In this document: positions 1 through 14,900 of the stretch, one piece after another | Position numbering within the stretch: the first letter of the stretch is position 1 | Layout: each line of letters begins with the position of its first letter | From: Perna viridis | Taxonomy: Eukaryota | Assembly: GCA_037379345.1 (NCBI GenBank) | Contig: CM074517.1 | Coordinates: 46,422,577 to 46,486,576 of the forward strand | Direction: 5' to 3' | Length of the DNA: 64,000 nt | Notes under the pieces: generated by a model | Told to the model about the DNA's origin: nothing | Seen by the model: the letters and a program-made list of their open reading frames with translations, nothing else | The model's database searches: none | Made by a program: the position numbers and the translations under genes

Positions 1-1329
1 CCTATACTGTACTTAAGCCTTTTATAAAAATCAGGCAGAAGGTGATTCATGCATGTCAAAAACCCACCGAACTCAGTTTTATTTCTCGTTCAGAAACCGT
101 TCTAGATCACATAACCAGTCTTCGTTTTTCATTTGGAGTTTGTGCTTTTGAGGTAAAATTTATATAGATTGTACATGAAATTAGCACACAGCAAGTTATC
201 GTTTTTGATTTGGTTTCAATTTGGTTGATTTTAGTGGGAGGTTAAAGTGTAATTTACTGAAAGTACAGATGTAAATACAGAAAGGACTATTGTCACATAA
301 AAATATAGCATATGTAGACCAACAAAAGCATTGTTGGTTCCGCGGGTTATTCTACACCATGAATCACCTTACAATAGCCAGTCTCTAAATTTTATGTGGT
401 ACTTTATCTGATGTAGTATTAAATAAACAACCCTAAAACTGTGAAGAGTGTATAGTTTGTCACAAATGAAAAAAGATGAAAGTGGTTGTGAAAATCTATT
501 TTACATGCAAGTTAAGTTTACATTTCTGTTAAATGAAATATACACAAGATAATAGTCGGACAAAAAGGCATATACTTATGTCATTGACAGTGCTAATGTA
601 ATGTAATTTGGTCTACACATTACTCATTAAATACTCAATCATATGTTTGTATAAATTTTAAAGACCATTCAATTGAATCAAAAACAAAACAAAAAACATC
701 TGTTTTTGCCATAAGCAAGCTATAAAAGTGTAGTATAATTTAAACTCAGGTATCAGACTAATTAGTGAGGCTTTGAAATTAATGACACAGATTTTTATGC
801 ATGTTTACATAGATAGTATTAAATTAGAATAAAACTCTTTTGGGGTTCCTATTCCCTTTAAAAAAAAACTGTTATGGTTTATTTTTTATCAGGACCTATT
901 AATAAAACCTACATAGTACAAATATACTAAAAAAAACTTATGATTTGTAGATTCAAAAGTGCAATTTTATTTTAATTATGAGATTATATTTATATAAATA
1001 CAAATGTACCATATATGTACTGGTACATGTGCATTCAAGTTTGTAAATGTGAAAAGAAAACCATCACCTAAACTCATGTCTCCTCTTTATTACCCACTGT
1101 CACAAAAAGACAGTCAAAAACAAAAAAACAAGACTTGTTTTTAACACATTGGTCTAACATTTTTTAAAGTGATGCAATCTTCTGAGTTTAAGTAATACAA
1201 TGCAATTCTGTTCAGGCCCAAAACTATTTTCCAAGCCACTTTCATTTGCCAACATAAATAGATTCAGGGTTGTTGAAGGCACTGCATATTGGATTACTGC
1301 AACTGAATGTCTTTAAAAAAAAACAAAAA

Positions 1330-2690
1330 AAAAGAGGCTCCCAGGAGCCTGAATCACTCAACTGGTTAAATGTTTGCCTTTCAAGGGCAATAACTCTAAC
1401 AAGGAGTTGTTTGACAATTTTGACTAAAAAATACTTTGGGAGGACTTATCATAAGGATCATTTCATCAATTGAAAGTTTCTTTCTATCTATTATAGTTAT
1501 AAGATATTGGCTGAAAACTGCTAAAAACATTATTTTTCGCCTTTCAAGGACAATAATTTGGATCCCTGCAGACTTTAGTAAGCCTTATCACAAGTATCAT
1601 TTCAGCAATAAAAATGTCTGTACTCTAACATGGAGTTGTCTGACAACTTTGATCCAAGGCAGACTTTAGTGGGCCTTATAACAATGATCATTTTAGTGAT
1701 GGAAAATATTTGGCTAAACCTAATGGTTTTGGAGATATATGAGAAAAACTTCTGACTGATCCCTTTTTTCTATTATTAGTAAAAGAGACCATTTTTTTTT
1801 GATGGATCAAAAATCCCCATATTAGATCTATGCAGAATACCCTTAGGAACATTTACACCATGTATGGTTCTAATTGGTCTTGAAGTTTCAGAGAGGAAGA
1901 TTTTTAAATGAAATAACATTAAAAATAGGGGACAAAAATGTTGAACAAAAGGCTCCCAGGAACCTGAGTCGCTAAAATGCTTAAATTTTTGCCTTTCAAG
2001 GGCAATAGCTCTAACAAGGAGTTGTCCAACAACTTTGATCTCCAAACATTTTTGTAGGCCTTATCAAAACGATCATTTCACCGGCTGAAAGTTTCTTTCT
2101 ATCAATCGTAGTTTTCAAGATATTGGTTGAACTGCAAAACAACATTTTTCACCTTTCAAGGGCAATAACTCTAACAAGGCGTCATCGAACAACTTTGACA
2201 CAATGTAGACTTTAGTAAGTCAAATAATGAAGATCATTTCTGCAATTGACAGAATTCTGCTACACATATCAGTATTGGAGATTTATACAAAAAACGTCTG
2301 TCTGACACCCTATGTTCTATTTTTAGTAACAGTGGCCATGTTTGTTGACAGATCAAACATGAGTTCCATGCTGAACACACTAAGAAACATTCCTACCAAG
2401 ATTGGTTCTGAATGGTCAAGTAGTTTCAGAAGAGTAGATTTTTGAAAGAAATAACATTAAAAATAGGGAAAAAGCGTCAATAAAAGGGCAATAACTCCAA
2501 CATGGCTTAACAGATGAAAACGAAGGTTTGACCAGAGATAGATCTCATCATGCTGAACACTTTTACCTTATCAAAATTTGGTTAAACCTAACGATTTTGG
2601 AGACATATGTGAAAAAATTCTGTCTGACCCCTACATTCTATTTTAAGTAACTGCTGCCATGTTTTTCAACAGATCAAAAATCCCTATATT
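1330..2690 (+). mobile_element. Two partial copies of the same HINE-like family with AAGGGCAATAACTC subrepeats
   Basis: Heads GAGGCTCCCAGGAGCCTG at ~1334 and a variant at ~1950; repeated CTTTCAAGGGCAATAACTCTAACAAGG; homology to 45812-47230. Confidence 0.7.
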
Positions 2691-2790
2691 TGTCTCTTTC
2701 AACTGCTTCAAAGCAATAGTTTTCTGCTTCATGGAATATCTTATCTACTTCATAGCATTTTTATATCAATCACATTGCACGGGTACCTAC

Positions 2791-2915
2791 ATCTTGTTTG
2801 TCCAGCCATTCACATTTCTCTTTCCACTGCATCAGTTTTCTGTGCCTAAACAGAACATTATTGTCTGTTCTTCCGGTCAAATTTTCTGCCACTCTTGCCC
2901 AACTTATCTTTCCAT
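2791..2915 (-). CDS. SNAPC4: SNAPC4 exon 14 (Myb)
   Basis: DGKISWARVAENLTGRTDNNVLFRHRKLMQWKEKCEWLDKQD, donor GTAGGT. Confidence 0.9.
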
Positions 2916-5900
2916 CTAAAACATTAAAGATATATGCATAAAAAGTGCCCTTTTGGCATACTAGAAGGAAGAAGTACAGGTTGCAATACCAAAGATTTAT
3001 TCCATGGATAAAACAATGCGAAGAACACTTAAAGAACAAGTACAACAGACAATTTGCACACACCTCACTAAAACAGGAGGAAAGTAATATTATATAGTGG
3101 TGTTCAAATATTCCTTATTTTGAACATTTTTCTAGAATACAAAAACAAGGCTTTAATGGAACATAAAATGATACCCTGCCAAGTAATGGTGAAAAAAGGG
3201 AGGTGGCAAAATTCAAAACCACTGAATTCAAAAACTACATTTTGAATTTTGCTGAAAATTGAACTTAATCTGTAATTTCACAAAGTAAGAAAATTCATTA
3301 ATCAATTCTCAAACTATCATCTGGAAACTATCTGGAATGGACGGACAGACAACAGGCACACAACTTTTCTGAGGGTATCACACCTTGCAACTTTGAGTGG
3401 TGGTGTACAAAAACTAATTCAATCAATTAATGTTTCTATACAGAAACCAGGTGGACTTACAAATAAATAAATACAACTGTTTTTCTAGCCAAAGAAGGTT
3501 GATATGATGATCACAAATACCCCCAAATTAAACATTTTTGAAGAGTAAATAAGGGCCATAATTTCTGAACAGTAAATGTAATATAAACCATTATGAAACT
3601 TGACCTAAAAAATTATAACAGAAAATATTTGACTTAGCTGTTCTTTGTAAACAAAGCAAAAAGTGTGAAAGATGAAAAGGTGAACAGACTGACAAACTAC
3701 CAGAAGTGTTACTAGTGTAAAAAGAATAAAAGGTAATCACAACCAACTGCTTTAGGATTATTTTTAATATTTGACTAAGTTATGCCAAATAAACAACTTT
3801 AGGGCAGTTTATGCTTCATGAACCCTGAAGCAATTTATAAACAAAGCTGCCCCAAAGTTGGTTGTGCTATATATCTATATCATTTAATTAAGGATTGTTT
3901 TTAGTTTTTGACCAGTTTATGAGAAATAACCAACTTTAACAGATTTTACGACTCGTGAGCCACAAAGCTCTTCATGAACAAGTGTAAACTCCAAAAGTTG
4001 GTTATGTGAGAATAACCTGGTCAAAAATTACAAATTTACAATCCTTATAATTTAATTTCTAATCGATGTAGGTAAAAATCAAAATTTGTCTCTTCATCAA
4101 AACCTGATATAGTTTGGTATTATTTGTATTGTGCACTGTGGACCAATCAACATTAATGATGTCATGGTACCAAGTTTGTCCATGGTAAATAACCTATCCT
4201 GCCCAGAATAGAAATAACCAATCAAAGGACTGATAACATATCAGATATCTTAGTTTGTGTTGTACAAAACGGTTTCTTGTAAGAACATACACACATAAGT
4301 ACACATAAGACTTAAAACAAGTTCTGTGGTGAAAATACATATCTTTAACAAGTATGAAAACTTGTTCAATAAAATAAATTTTGATTGGAATATTTTCTTC
4401 AAATATCATGTTACTAACTACACCCTAATTTAATTACAAATATTAGTATTCTTAATACATGTTTAGTACATGTTTAGAGTAGGCGGCAAGAAATTGGTGT
4501 TTAGTACTTGTATTATAGTGAACCACATCAAATGTACATTTACAAAATGTTGATAGCAAGCAATGATGTTACAATTCAGCTATGTTCCAATAGATTTTTC
4601 TTATTCATGGAACATCACATTAAAAGTTCGCTGACTTCACAACAACATGTACAGGTATCTATTTAAAAGAGTAATCAAGAGTACCAAGAAGGGAACCAAG
4701 ATTCTAGTAGAAATCATAATCCAGGGACAAAAACCAGACATGGAAAACAGACACACACACAACAAACACAATAAAATAAATGTATTACAACTTGATTCTA
4801 CACCTTTTATATTATAATAGTGACACACCTGGTTTTCTGAATTCATCTGCCAGTTCAAGTAGCTTCTTGTCCTCTTCATATGTCCATTCACTTGGTGCTA
4901 ATAGTTTAGGGTCTAAGGCTGACCGATATCTCTCACGACACTGTACTGGTGTTCTCCCAGGAACTGCTTCAGACACCTTGTCCCACTTCTCACCATAGAT
5001 GTAGATAGAGGAAAGTAGTTTCTGAAAATAACAGAAAATTTGTACAAAAAAATTTAATTTCTTTGTCAAAAGTAAAGCACATGTTAAGTCCACCCCCTAC
5101 TGTTTGGTCCATTAAAGTCCCAAACCAAATGTAGGCCTATTTTTAGGTGAGCTGTACTTACATTTTTTTTTCTATTTTTAATTAAGAAATGGTTACACTA
5201 CAGCATTGGGGCTAAAAAACTTAGATATATGAGCTTGCCAAGAAATGACTTTTTACCAATAAATTTTGAAAATTTTTCTTATGCATTTGCATTTTGGGAA
5301 GAGTGGGCAATAATATAATGGTATATACCATGTCCTCTGCTGTAGTCCATTTGCCGTGCTTGACTAGTGGATTGATTTGTGACCATCGTATGGAGCACTG
5401 TGTAGAACTCCGCCCCTCAATGTAATAGGCCACTGAAAATATAATATCACTTTGTATATTATTTATTAATCATCTATTCAAAGTTAATATAGATTCTTCT
5501 TCAGTATTGAGTGGTTTATATTGTTTCTCCACTCAAACAAAATTAAGATTTTTAACATAACAGCTTCATCAAGCAAGTTCTAATCTTAATTTTACCATAA
5601 CAGATGGAGAAACAATTGAAATTAAGAACACTGTGAAAGTACTGTTGTTCATTGGGTACAATTTTTTGTGGGTTTTGTGGGTAGGCCAATCCATGAAATT
5701 TGGTTTCCAATGAAAAGGAAATTCCCATTATTGTGTATAGTGAAAACCTTAAAATTACAAATTCAAGAATCCATGAAATCGTGGTTTTTTCCTTATCCAT
5801 GAAAATTGTTATCCATGAATTAAAGTACTTTCACAGTAGGCTGAAGGAGAATGGGTTTCACCCATGAAATCTGTAGAAACCTGGGAAAATGTAAAATAAC

Positions 5901-8900
5901 ATGAAAATTCACAGAAATTTTATCACTATCCAGTGGTTAAAATGTCATATGTACTTTAATCATCAGCATAGAATGGCAGATTTCATAACTGTTTCTAGAT
6001 TCTGAAAATCCTAAACTTGTTTCTTCTTCAAAATCAAACAAGGTAGTGTAAAAAATGTATATGTAGCCATTCTTTATAAAACATTCTTCAAAGAAATTTT
6101 GTTCGCATTCTTCATTTAGTTTTGGTTTTAATCAGATAGATCTGTTCCTTATATATAGATGTACTGGAAAACCAGCATTAGAACTGCTGAACAAACTTTA
6201 CTTTATTTCACTGACTCTACAAAATAATTTTCTGAGCAAGAATTAACATTCCATTACCATTATTCCAAGATGTAGATTTGCCAATTCTACAACTATCCAC
6301 AACCTCAAGGAGTGCCTGATCCTCATTTTCTGTCCACTCCCTGAAATTTGAAGATATGAATACTGTATCTTATTTAAGCCTGCTTCCAAATGCTTGATCT
6401 GATAATACAGGTACATATTTAACCTCTACTCTTATTTTCTTTCAAAAGTAATAGAAATCTAATTTGCTTTTTTACACAACAGATAAACATTAAGCTACAA
6501 TATAGTTAAACCTGACAAAAGTGAACCACTGTTGGATTAAAGGTTTCGTTCAGTTTAGAAAAATGCCATGACAGTAAAGCAAAGAACTTAAGAAGAGGTC
6601 TTGTTTAGAAATATTTCCATTTGAAAGAGTAATCAAGGGAACCAAGATTTTAGCGAAAATCAAAAGAATGTAATCCAGGGACAAAGACTAGACATGGAAA
6701 ATAGACAAATGCAACAAAGAACATAAAGTAACTGAAATAATACATACAAAGAAACAAAAGTTGCTCATAAAATGTCAAGTCCAAAGACAAAAGACAAAAA
6801 AAAAACTATGACAAGTTGAACAAATCAGGTTAAACAATTTATCACCTGTATTTTCTAAAATGCTCTTATTATAAAAAATACATTGGTATGTAAAGAGTGT
6901 GTACAATTTCAAAAGAAAGCTTGCCTTACCTTTTGTTTATAGCATCATTTAAATTTTGCTGGTAATACTGGAAACATTGGAATGGTGTTCTGTTTGTCTA
7001 TAAAACATGTCAAATAGATGAATTAATATAAATACATGTACATGTTATGATGATGTATGAACTTTTTTATAGTGGGGGGTGGGGGGTGTACTTGAAAAAA
7101 TTCAGTACCAATGCATTAAAAAAACAAGATATAAAAGAACAATGTTCCAATGTCCCTCATGAAAAAAAAAGGTGAGGAAAATTTTAAATTCACTGAAATT
7201 TTCTAAGTCCAAGGGCCATAATTTCCATAAAAATCAATCAACCATAACCAAAGTCTAACTTAATCTGTAACTTCTCATAGTTAGACTATATACAAAATTT
7301 AAAATCAATTGGTGAGGGCATTACAAAAAAAAGTGCGGAAAACTGTAAATTCACTGAAATTTTCTAAGTCCAAGGGCTGTAACTCCTGTAAAAATCATTC
7401 AACCGTAATCAAAGTCAAACTTAAGCTGTAACTCTTCATAATAACGCCACATACCAAAAACAAACTTATTTGGTAAAAGCATGCCAAAAAAAAGTGTGGA
7501 AAACGTGGACGGATGGAGGGACGCCCGGCATTTCCATGATGCACTGGACACAATGAACAAAACTACAAGCAGAAAGCAGAACCCTACAGTCATTTCCACA
7601 AAAAAAGTGTAAAATTTGTAAGTCGTAACTTATGACATCATGCATAACTTACGACTAATTTTACTCTCACAATTTTTTGTGAAAAGAGCTGAAGAATCAC
7701 TATCATGTTAAGCAGATATTGTACCAACTGACCTGAAAGAGTTCTCAACTACCACAGTTAATTGAGTATGATATTCAAATATACCTCTATGAATCCCTGC
7801 TGAACTGTTTCACAATGACATAAAACTACAAGTCATTACAATTCCTTGTAAATGGACTTAAGGGAAACTGATGTTATAATGAGTAGCTAATTAGGAAATG
7901 ATTCATACATATATGCTAAAGGAGCTGTTTAAAAGAAATTTATTGTAAGACCATTAAAAGTACATTTTTAATCAATGATATATTAAATTTTATTTAAGTT
8001 ACTTTATATTCATACCAGTATACCAAATACCATACAGTACTGTTATACTGTATTTATGATTTCACAGTAACATAATATCATTACCCCAAGTTCTTTAGCT
8101 ATTTCTGGCCATTTTTTTTTATTATATCATTACCCAAAGTTCTTTAGCTATTGCTGGCCATTTTTATTTATTTCATTACCCAAAGTTCTTAAGCTATTTC
8201 AGGCCAGTTTTTTTTTTATTTCATTACCCCAAGTCCTTTAGCTATTTCTGGCCAGTTTTTTTTTTATTTCATTACCCCAAGTTCTTTAGCTATTTCTGGC
8301 CAGTTTTTTTGTCCATGTTTCTTAGCTAACGACTGTAATTTCTCCTTCTCTGCTTTTGAAAATTCTCCTCTGTTGATGGCAGGATTCAGAATATTTCTCC
8401 AATAAAGTTCACACTCAGTTGGGTCTCGCAAATTGTTCAACTGAAACCAAGAATATGGTATTTAAAATACATGTACTTCACCTTTTTTGACACCTTAGTG
8501 TACCTACCTACATGTATAAGTACAGTGAACCAAGTAGTGAAGTCAATTTTTGGAAGTTTTGTAGGAAACAAAGCATCATTCTAATATGACGTCCTTAACA
8601 GGCTTTGAGAAAAAACTGTGATCCATTTTTGATTGCTATATGAGCAGCACACAACTTACTGGGCGTGGCTTGTGTGTGTGTAAATTACTGTCCACCTCAA
8701 TCATGTAAACAAACACACGTAACATTCCGATGTGTATCAGCTATTTTCATTCATTTCAGTAGCGTAAATGAAGATCAAAATCATATTTAATGAAAATATT
8801 AAATGTTTTGTTTTAGAAAAGTTATATAAAATTCCATAAAAATCACTTGCACACATACTCGGTTGCTTTCGCCAGGTGCGCCATTATGTATGAAACCAAA

Positions 8901-11900
8901 CAATAACAATCGCCAAAGAATGAAACATCGTACCTGTCCGTGTGTGAACATTGTCACCTTATAATGCCATATCTAACAACTTTCTACTTAATTCGCCCTT
9001 TCCTTCATTATAAAAAATACAAAGTTTCACTTGCGACCATTTCAACTGACGTAGCGTAAATTGTACAGCCAAATATGGACAAATATGGCAGGTCTAAGGT
9101 TACCGTAATAGGTCAAGAAAATGTAAAAAAGTACCTTTGTTGTCCTATTAGAATCAAAATATATTTGTGACATTTTCCTTTGATGTACACATATTGAAAA
9201 TGCTTGTTACAGTGTGCTAGCCCTGATACAAAAAATAACAAGTCAGTTTAAAACCACAAAAAAATCGTAGCATCACAGTGGAGTTGAATGCTGTTGCCTA
9301 ATCCTGACAAAATAGGTCATTTGATAGTATTCTATTCCAAGGTCAAAATTTTGACTTTTGTATTTTTTTAACATACAAAAAAACAAAAATAAAATGTTAC
9401 CTATAAATTACCAATAAACAGAATATTAGGAAATTAGTTTTTGATACTGGCTTTCTCACAGGAATCTCAGGTACATCCTAACGACTTGGCCTGAGATACC
9501 CGTGATAAAGCCAGTACCAAAAACAAATTGCCTAATAGTCAGTATTTATCACATTTTTTTCTGTTCGCTGACAATTTCCTATAACCAATTATCCTATATC
9601 CTATCTGCTAAAATGTCATAATTATAGTCTCATCAGGACACAAACCATTTCTTCCCTACCAAGATATAAAATACAAACATTATTACCAGGTAGTGAACTC
9701 ATCAGTGATGAGGAAAACGAACATATTTTTAAAGTTGTACAAAGATTTATCATAGAAGCAGGGAGATTTGGTTCATAAACAATTATTTTTATGTTGATTT
9801 AGATATTGAAACTTTAATTTAATTTACCTTATTTTCAAAACACTTACATATTTCACAGCTACATGTGAGACCACAATTATAAAAAAAATGAGTTGATAAC
9901 ATTTTTCGCTCGAACTGACTTCTGAGTAACGGGCAAATCACAGAAGAAACATGTAACGGGTATTGAAAATTATACTATACCAGCTTCTTATACTATGTTT
10001 CTAATTTTGTCATTTTTTTTTAAAGAGAGACGGATTTATATAAGTTCTTCTTCTTTACGAATCCCAGTATTTATATTGTATAATTGTATTATTTGTGCAC
10101 TTTTGAAAATAAAATATTATTTAAACTAATTATCCTATAATATCTTTAGTAATGTTGATTTTCCACCTTTCACATTGCCAGTTCAAGTAAAAAAGTCTGT
10201 TTCATGATTTACAAGGATCAACAATAGTCTACACCTGTCAACCCTCCCACATTATGGGGTAGACTCCCAATAAATCAATGAAAAATTTAGAATCTCCCAC
10301 ATATAAATGTAAGATTTGCGGGAGGTTTTTGGTTAAAATTACTATGTTTTCTGTGGTTGAATTTTTACATAAAAAAGTTACAGGGCCAATAACTCCCATA
10401 TAAACAGTTCCAATGGTTAACAGGTAGGTAGGTACAACAAAGAATATTTATGCATTATCTGCAATGTAACAGAAGTTCATTGTTTAAAATAGCTGACAGA
10501 AATTTTGTTTCTGTTATTCAAGACTAATAGTACATAAATGAGCATGTACACTTAAAAATTAAGAGTTGACTTTCCAATATACCCACCACAGTTTTTGATA
10601 TCTTCATCCAATCTACCTTGTCCATATCAGCAAGTGCTAACACTTCTTCTTTTGGTAAATTTCTAAAATAATTATATCAAAAAATGTATATCCAAAATTA
10701 TATTTTACTGTATGATATATCAATATTGAAACAGTAGTATCAATTTTTATTGTTTGGCAAATCAGCTAATTCACTGGTAGACCTATACCATGCATTAATA
10801 ATGTTACTTGAAAAATAAATGGATGAACTAATTCTCATGATACAGTGTTATTTAATTACCAATGACTCTGAATTAAAATAAAACGACAGGAGAAATAGCA
10901 GTCTAGTCATACATTATTATAGAACAATTAGAAATCCTTAAAGTTCTTGATTTACATATCTGCTATCAGACAGGTGAACAGCAGTTTACCATACTAGATC
11001 TGTCAAAAAATAGGGCAATAATGGAAGTGATACCCAGCCACATAATGATAAAAAAGGGGATGGCAAAATGTTCAAAATGGATTAAATAACTAGAAAATCA
11101 CCTTTTTTGGTTTTGCGGAAAATTGAACCAAACCTCTATTTTACAGTAATGTGCAAATTTTAAAAAAAAATTCATTGATCTGTTCTGAAGATATCATCCA
11201 GAAAACTAGGGATGGACAGACATTGAACTTTTCAGAGGGTACCACATAATACATTGCCACCAAGCATGGTGGGGTATATAAACAAAATCATCATAAAAAA
11301 TGAAAAATGTATTAGAAATTTAAGTTCCACCTAAGGATCATGCAGACAATGAAAGATACATATGTATTGTCAACTTTCTTCATAAATAAAGGTTGATTTT
11401 GTCTACAAAAAGGTTCATACCTCCTATTCCAGAGTTTAAAGGGGTATAACTCTCATAAATTTCAGTGTATTATCAATTCCAGGTAATATGCACTTAATGA
11501 TTTGAGAACCAACAAAATAAATGTTGAAAGGGGAAAAAAATTGAGTGGTTACATAGTTATCTGCAGCAAAAAAACTGACGGTATATAGTTTTCAATAGAT
11601 TTCAACTTTTAAAAAAATTACAAAAAGTCATTACTTTCCTAACCTTAATTATAATTCTTCTTATTTTTTTTAATCATAAATGTGATTCTCTAAAGGACTT
11701 TTATTATTTGCATGATTCCTAGATAAGCCTGTACTTAATTCTCAGCCATTGTGTACATCAATCCTGGATAAATTTGGGAATGTGCTACATGTAGTTGTAG
11801 TTTTGCTACATGTTTGTGAAATTTTCTAGTTTTGGTATGTCAGATTATCTTTTCTAGCTACAATCAGAAAATGTGGTTATATTTCATTAAATAAACAACA

Positions 11901-14900
11901 AAAGTTCCAGTTTTGCTATGGTTGAACAAAATGTGTCAACTAACTGAATTCTGTCTACTTCTTTATCAATGTCTTCAATTTTGTCCATCAACTTGGTATA
12001 CTCTTCACCATTACTCTCCATACTCATAGCTGATAACTTCTCATAATAAATCTCCTTCCTGTAAATGTAAATAATACTGCAGGACCTAATCTAGAGGGAG
12101 AAATAAGCAAAAACTTCTTGTTTGCATTCACTTCTCCTATTTGCCATTGACAAGGAGAAGTATTTGTAATAGATTACATACACTAAAATGTCAGTATTGT
12201 TATTTTTCAAAAGAATTCACTAAAACTTTTCCATATCATTGATATCTAGATTTGACCCTGATACCAGAATGCCAGAATGACAAAATTAACCCTTGGCATT
12301 CTTAAAAAAATATGAGACATATCCCCACATTGTGGGACTAAAACTTGAGGAGAAGTTATTTACCAATCATTTTTTTCGAACTCTGCAAAATAATTATTAG
12401 CTTGCCCTAACACAATCAACAATTACATGCAATTGTCCGATATGACAAAAAGTGATGAAGGGGAGAAGATATTAATTTTGTCCTGCCATTTGGTTTACTA
12501 ATGCATATTCTTGGGCTCACATTTTAACTGTTTCAAATCCATGAAATACACCAACAAACCTGTTAATCAAGTGTCTTGTTTGCTGACCAAGTGAGTCTAA
12601 ATAAACAGCTTCTTTCAAATCAGTCTTCATTTTATTTCTCCCTTAAATAAAAAAAAAATAAAAAGGAATTATCTGGGTAAACATCATGGTTATATACATG
12701 ATGACCATATTTCATCATTGAGAGATATTTAAATTCTGAGTTCAAAAAGGGAGGTAACCCAAATCTATTTTGAATTACACGGAGTAGATTCTGTATCAAA
12801 AGGTTTGACCATTTGTTTCTTTGTTGGGTGCAAATGTAATGTTTTTTTTTAACCTTGAGAAGAAATTTGTTACCAATATTTGAATGATGTAGTATATCAT
12901 TCCTTTATCAGATAAACTTACAGTATTCAATAGGTATCCTCTTGGGTATACATCATGTAGAGATCAAATTACAACATTGAGAGATATCTACATTATATTT
13001 TAATGGGTTTTTTTTCTTAAAAGAGAGGTAACCAACATTATTTGTCTAACATGAATACATATGTGATAGATTTGGTCCCAAAAAATTGACTATTTGTTAC
13101 TTTGTGATGCTATTTTTTTACCTTTAGAAGATATTTACCAATATTTGGATGTTGCAGTTTTTGAACAAACTGTAATAACTAAATTGAGCGCCTTAATTAT
13201 AACCTGCTATATGGTTCCTTTTTTCAGATAAAATTACATTTCAATAATATATACTTATGCTTAAGAAAACATACAGGCAGTCTGCGGTTTCTGAGTTTGA
13301 TGAATTTCTCCAGTTCTTATCTTGAGCTGAACATCCATATTATTAGGAGCCATCTAGAAGTAAATGATTGCCTATTAAAGTTATACTGTACATGTATATG
13401 AAAACCATTTTTTTTTTATTAAAAAAAACAAACATGAAAGCAAACATGAAGCATTATTCAAGCAACAATAATAATAGAAACTGGAAAAAGTGAATAACCA
13501 AAATATCATCACAAGTACTGCAGAATGCCTACATTTAACGACTAAGCCAAACTTGTTCCACGAATGAGTGAAATCTTCAAGCGTTTTTGGCACGAGTGAT
13601 CATATTTTGGTTATTCACAATAACCAACTAATTATCCTATTTATCATATAGATTTTCGTCATATTTTATCGATATTTTCAACAAGAATTTTAAATATTGT
13701 GATTGGGGGATTTATATCAAAGTTGTGACATTTTGGCAGGAGAAAGTCCAAGAGTAAAATTACCGAATTTATTTCACAGAGTGAATTATCGAAATTGAGT
13801 ACACTGGGAACATTTGATAAAACACTACTACTTGTATAGTAACAATAGTTCCATATGCTTTTCTAGTATTGCTTAAAGGTTGCTTTGACTAAAAAAAATC
13901 AATTTCAGTTGCTTTAAAAAGAGAACCACTTGTGACTTTATGACTACATACACTATGATTGCAAGACTTCTGATCAAACTAAAGAGAAATTTTGCACTTA
14001 GACATACACAAAAACACAAATTACAATTAACTAAGGATACTAACTTCTCCTGAAGTATCCATGAAGAAAGGTTTGTGATAGCTGGTAATGGTTCTCCTGG
14101 ATCTTCCTTCTCCCGTTTTCTCCTTCTTAGGATCATCTAAACATTCCTGTAACTGGCTCTAAAAGACAAAAAAGAGTGTATTGTTCTATCATTACAACAC
14201 ATTAAAGCATTGGTATCTGTTTAAACTAAGAACTTTCTACACTATAATCAGTGTTTTAGAACAATAGGCATACCTGTTAACTCTCCCGCAATAGACGGGA
14301 GACTCCTACTATATCAATGAACAATTCAGAATCTCCTACATATAAATGTAACATTTGAGGGAGGTTTTATGGTTAAAAATACTATATTTTCTCTGAAAAT
14401 ATAAATAATGGATTTTTTACCCAAAAAATCTGCTTTTACATAAAAATCTCCCACATGAGACAGTGTCAATGGGGTAGAATCTCCCAAAATAACTGTTCCA
14501 AAGGTTAGCAGGTATGGATTTAAAGGTTTATTTAACTTTATACACATACATAAAAGGAATTTTAGGACATGACTGCTTTATAAACTTTCAAGGTTCAGTA
14601 TAGACAGGTTGAACTGTGCAATTTAAGTGTATTTAAGTATTTGTAAGAATCAGGCAAAATAGGAAAAATTAGAAACTTGCATGTCCAAAACCCACCGATC
14701 TGACAATGTAATATCAATCAAGGATACTTTCTCTATTTGAAAAGACCATTATTTGAACTCTGCATCACTGGCTTTGCTCAGAAATTTTTCAATATGATCT
14801 TAGAAAAAGGAGGTTTTTGACAGAGTTATCTGCCCTTGAAATATTCGTTTTCAGTGCATTTCAATGAATCGGTAACTCAATGCTACAGCATGATAGGGAA

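Noticed and set aside
1-2790. Further SNAPC4 exons
   Set aside because: No AG/GT-bounded open frame found by eye; the region is mostly repeats, so the next exon probably lies outside the window
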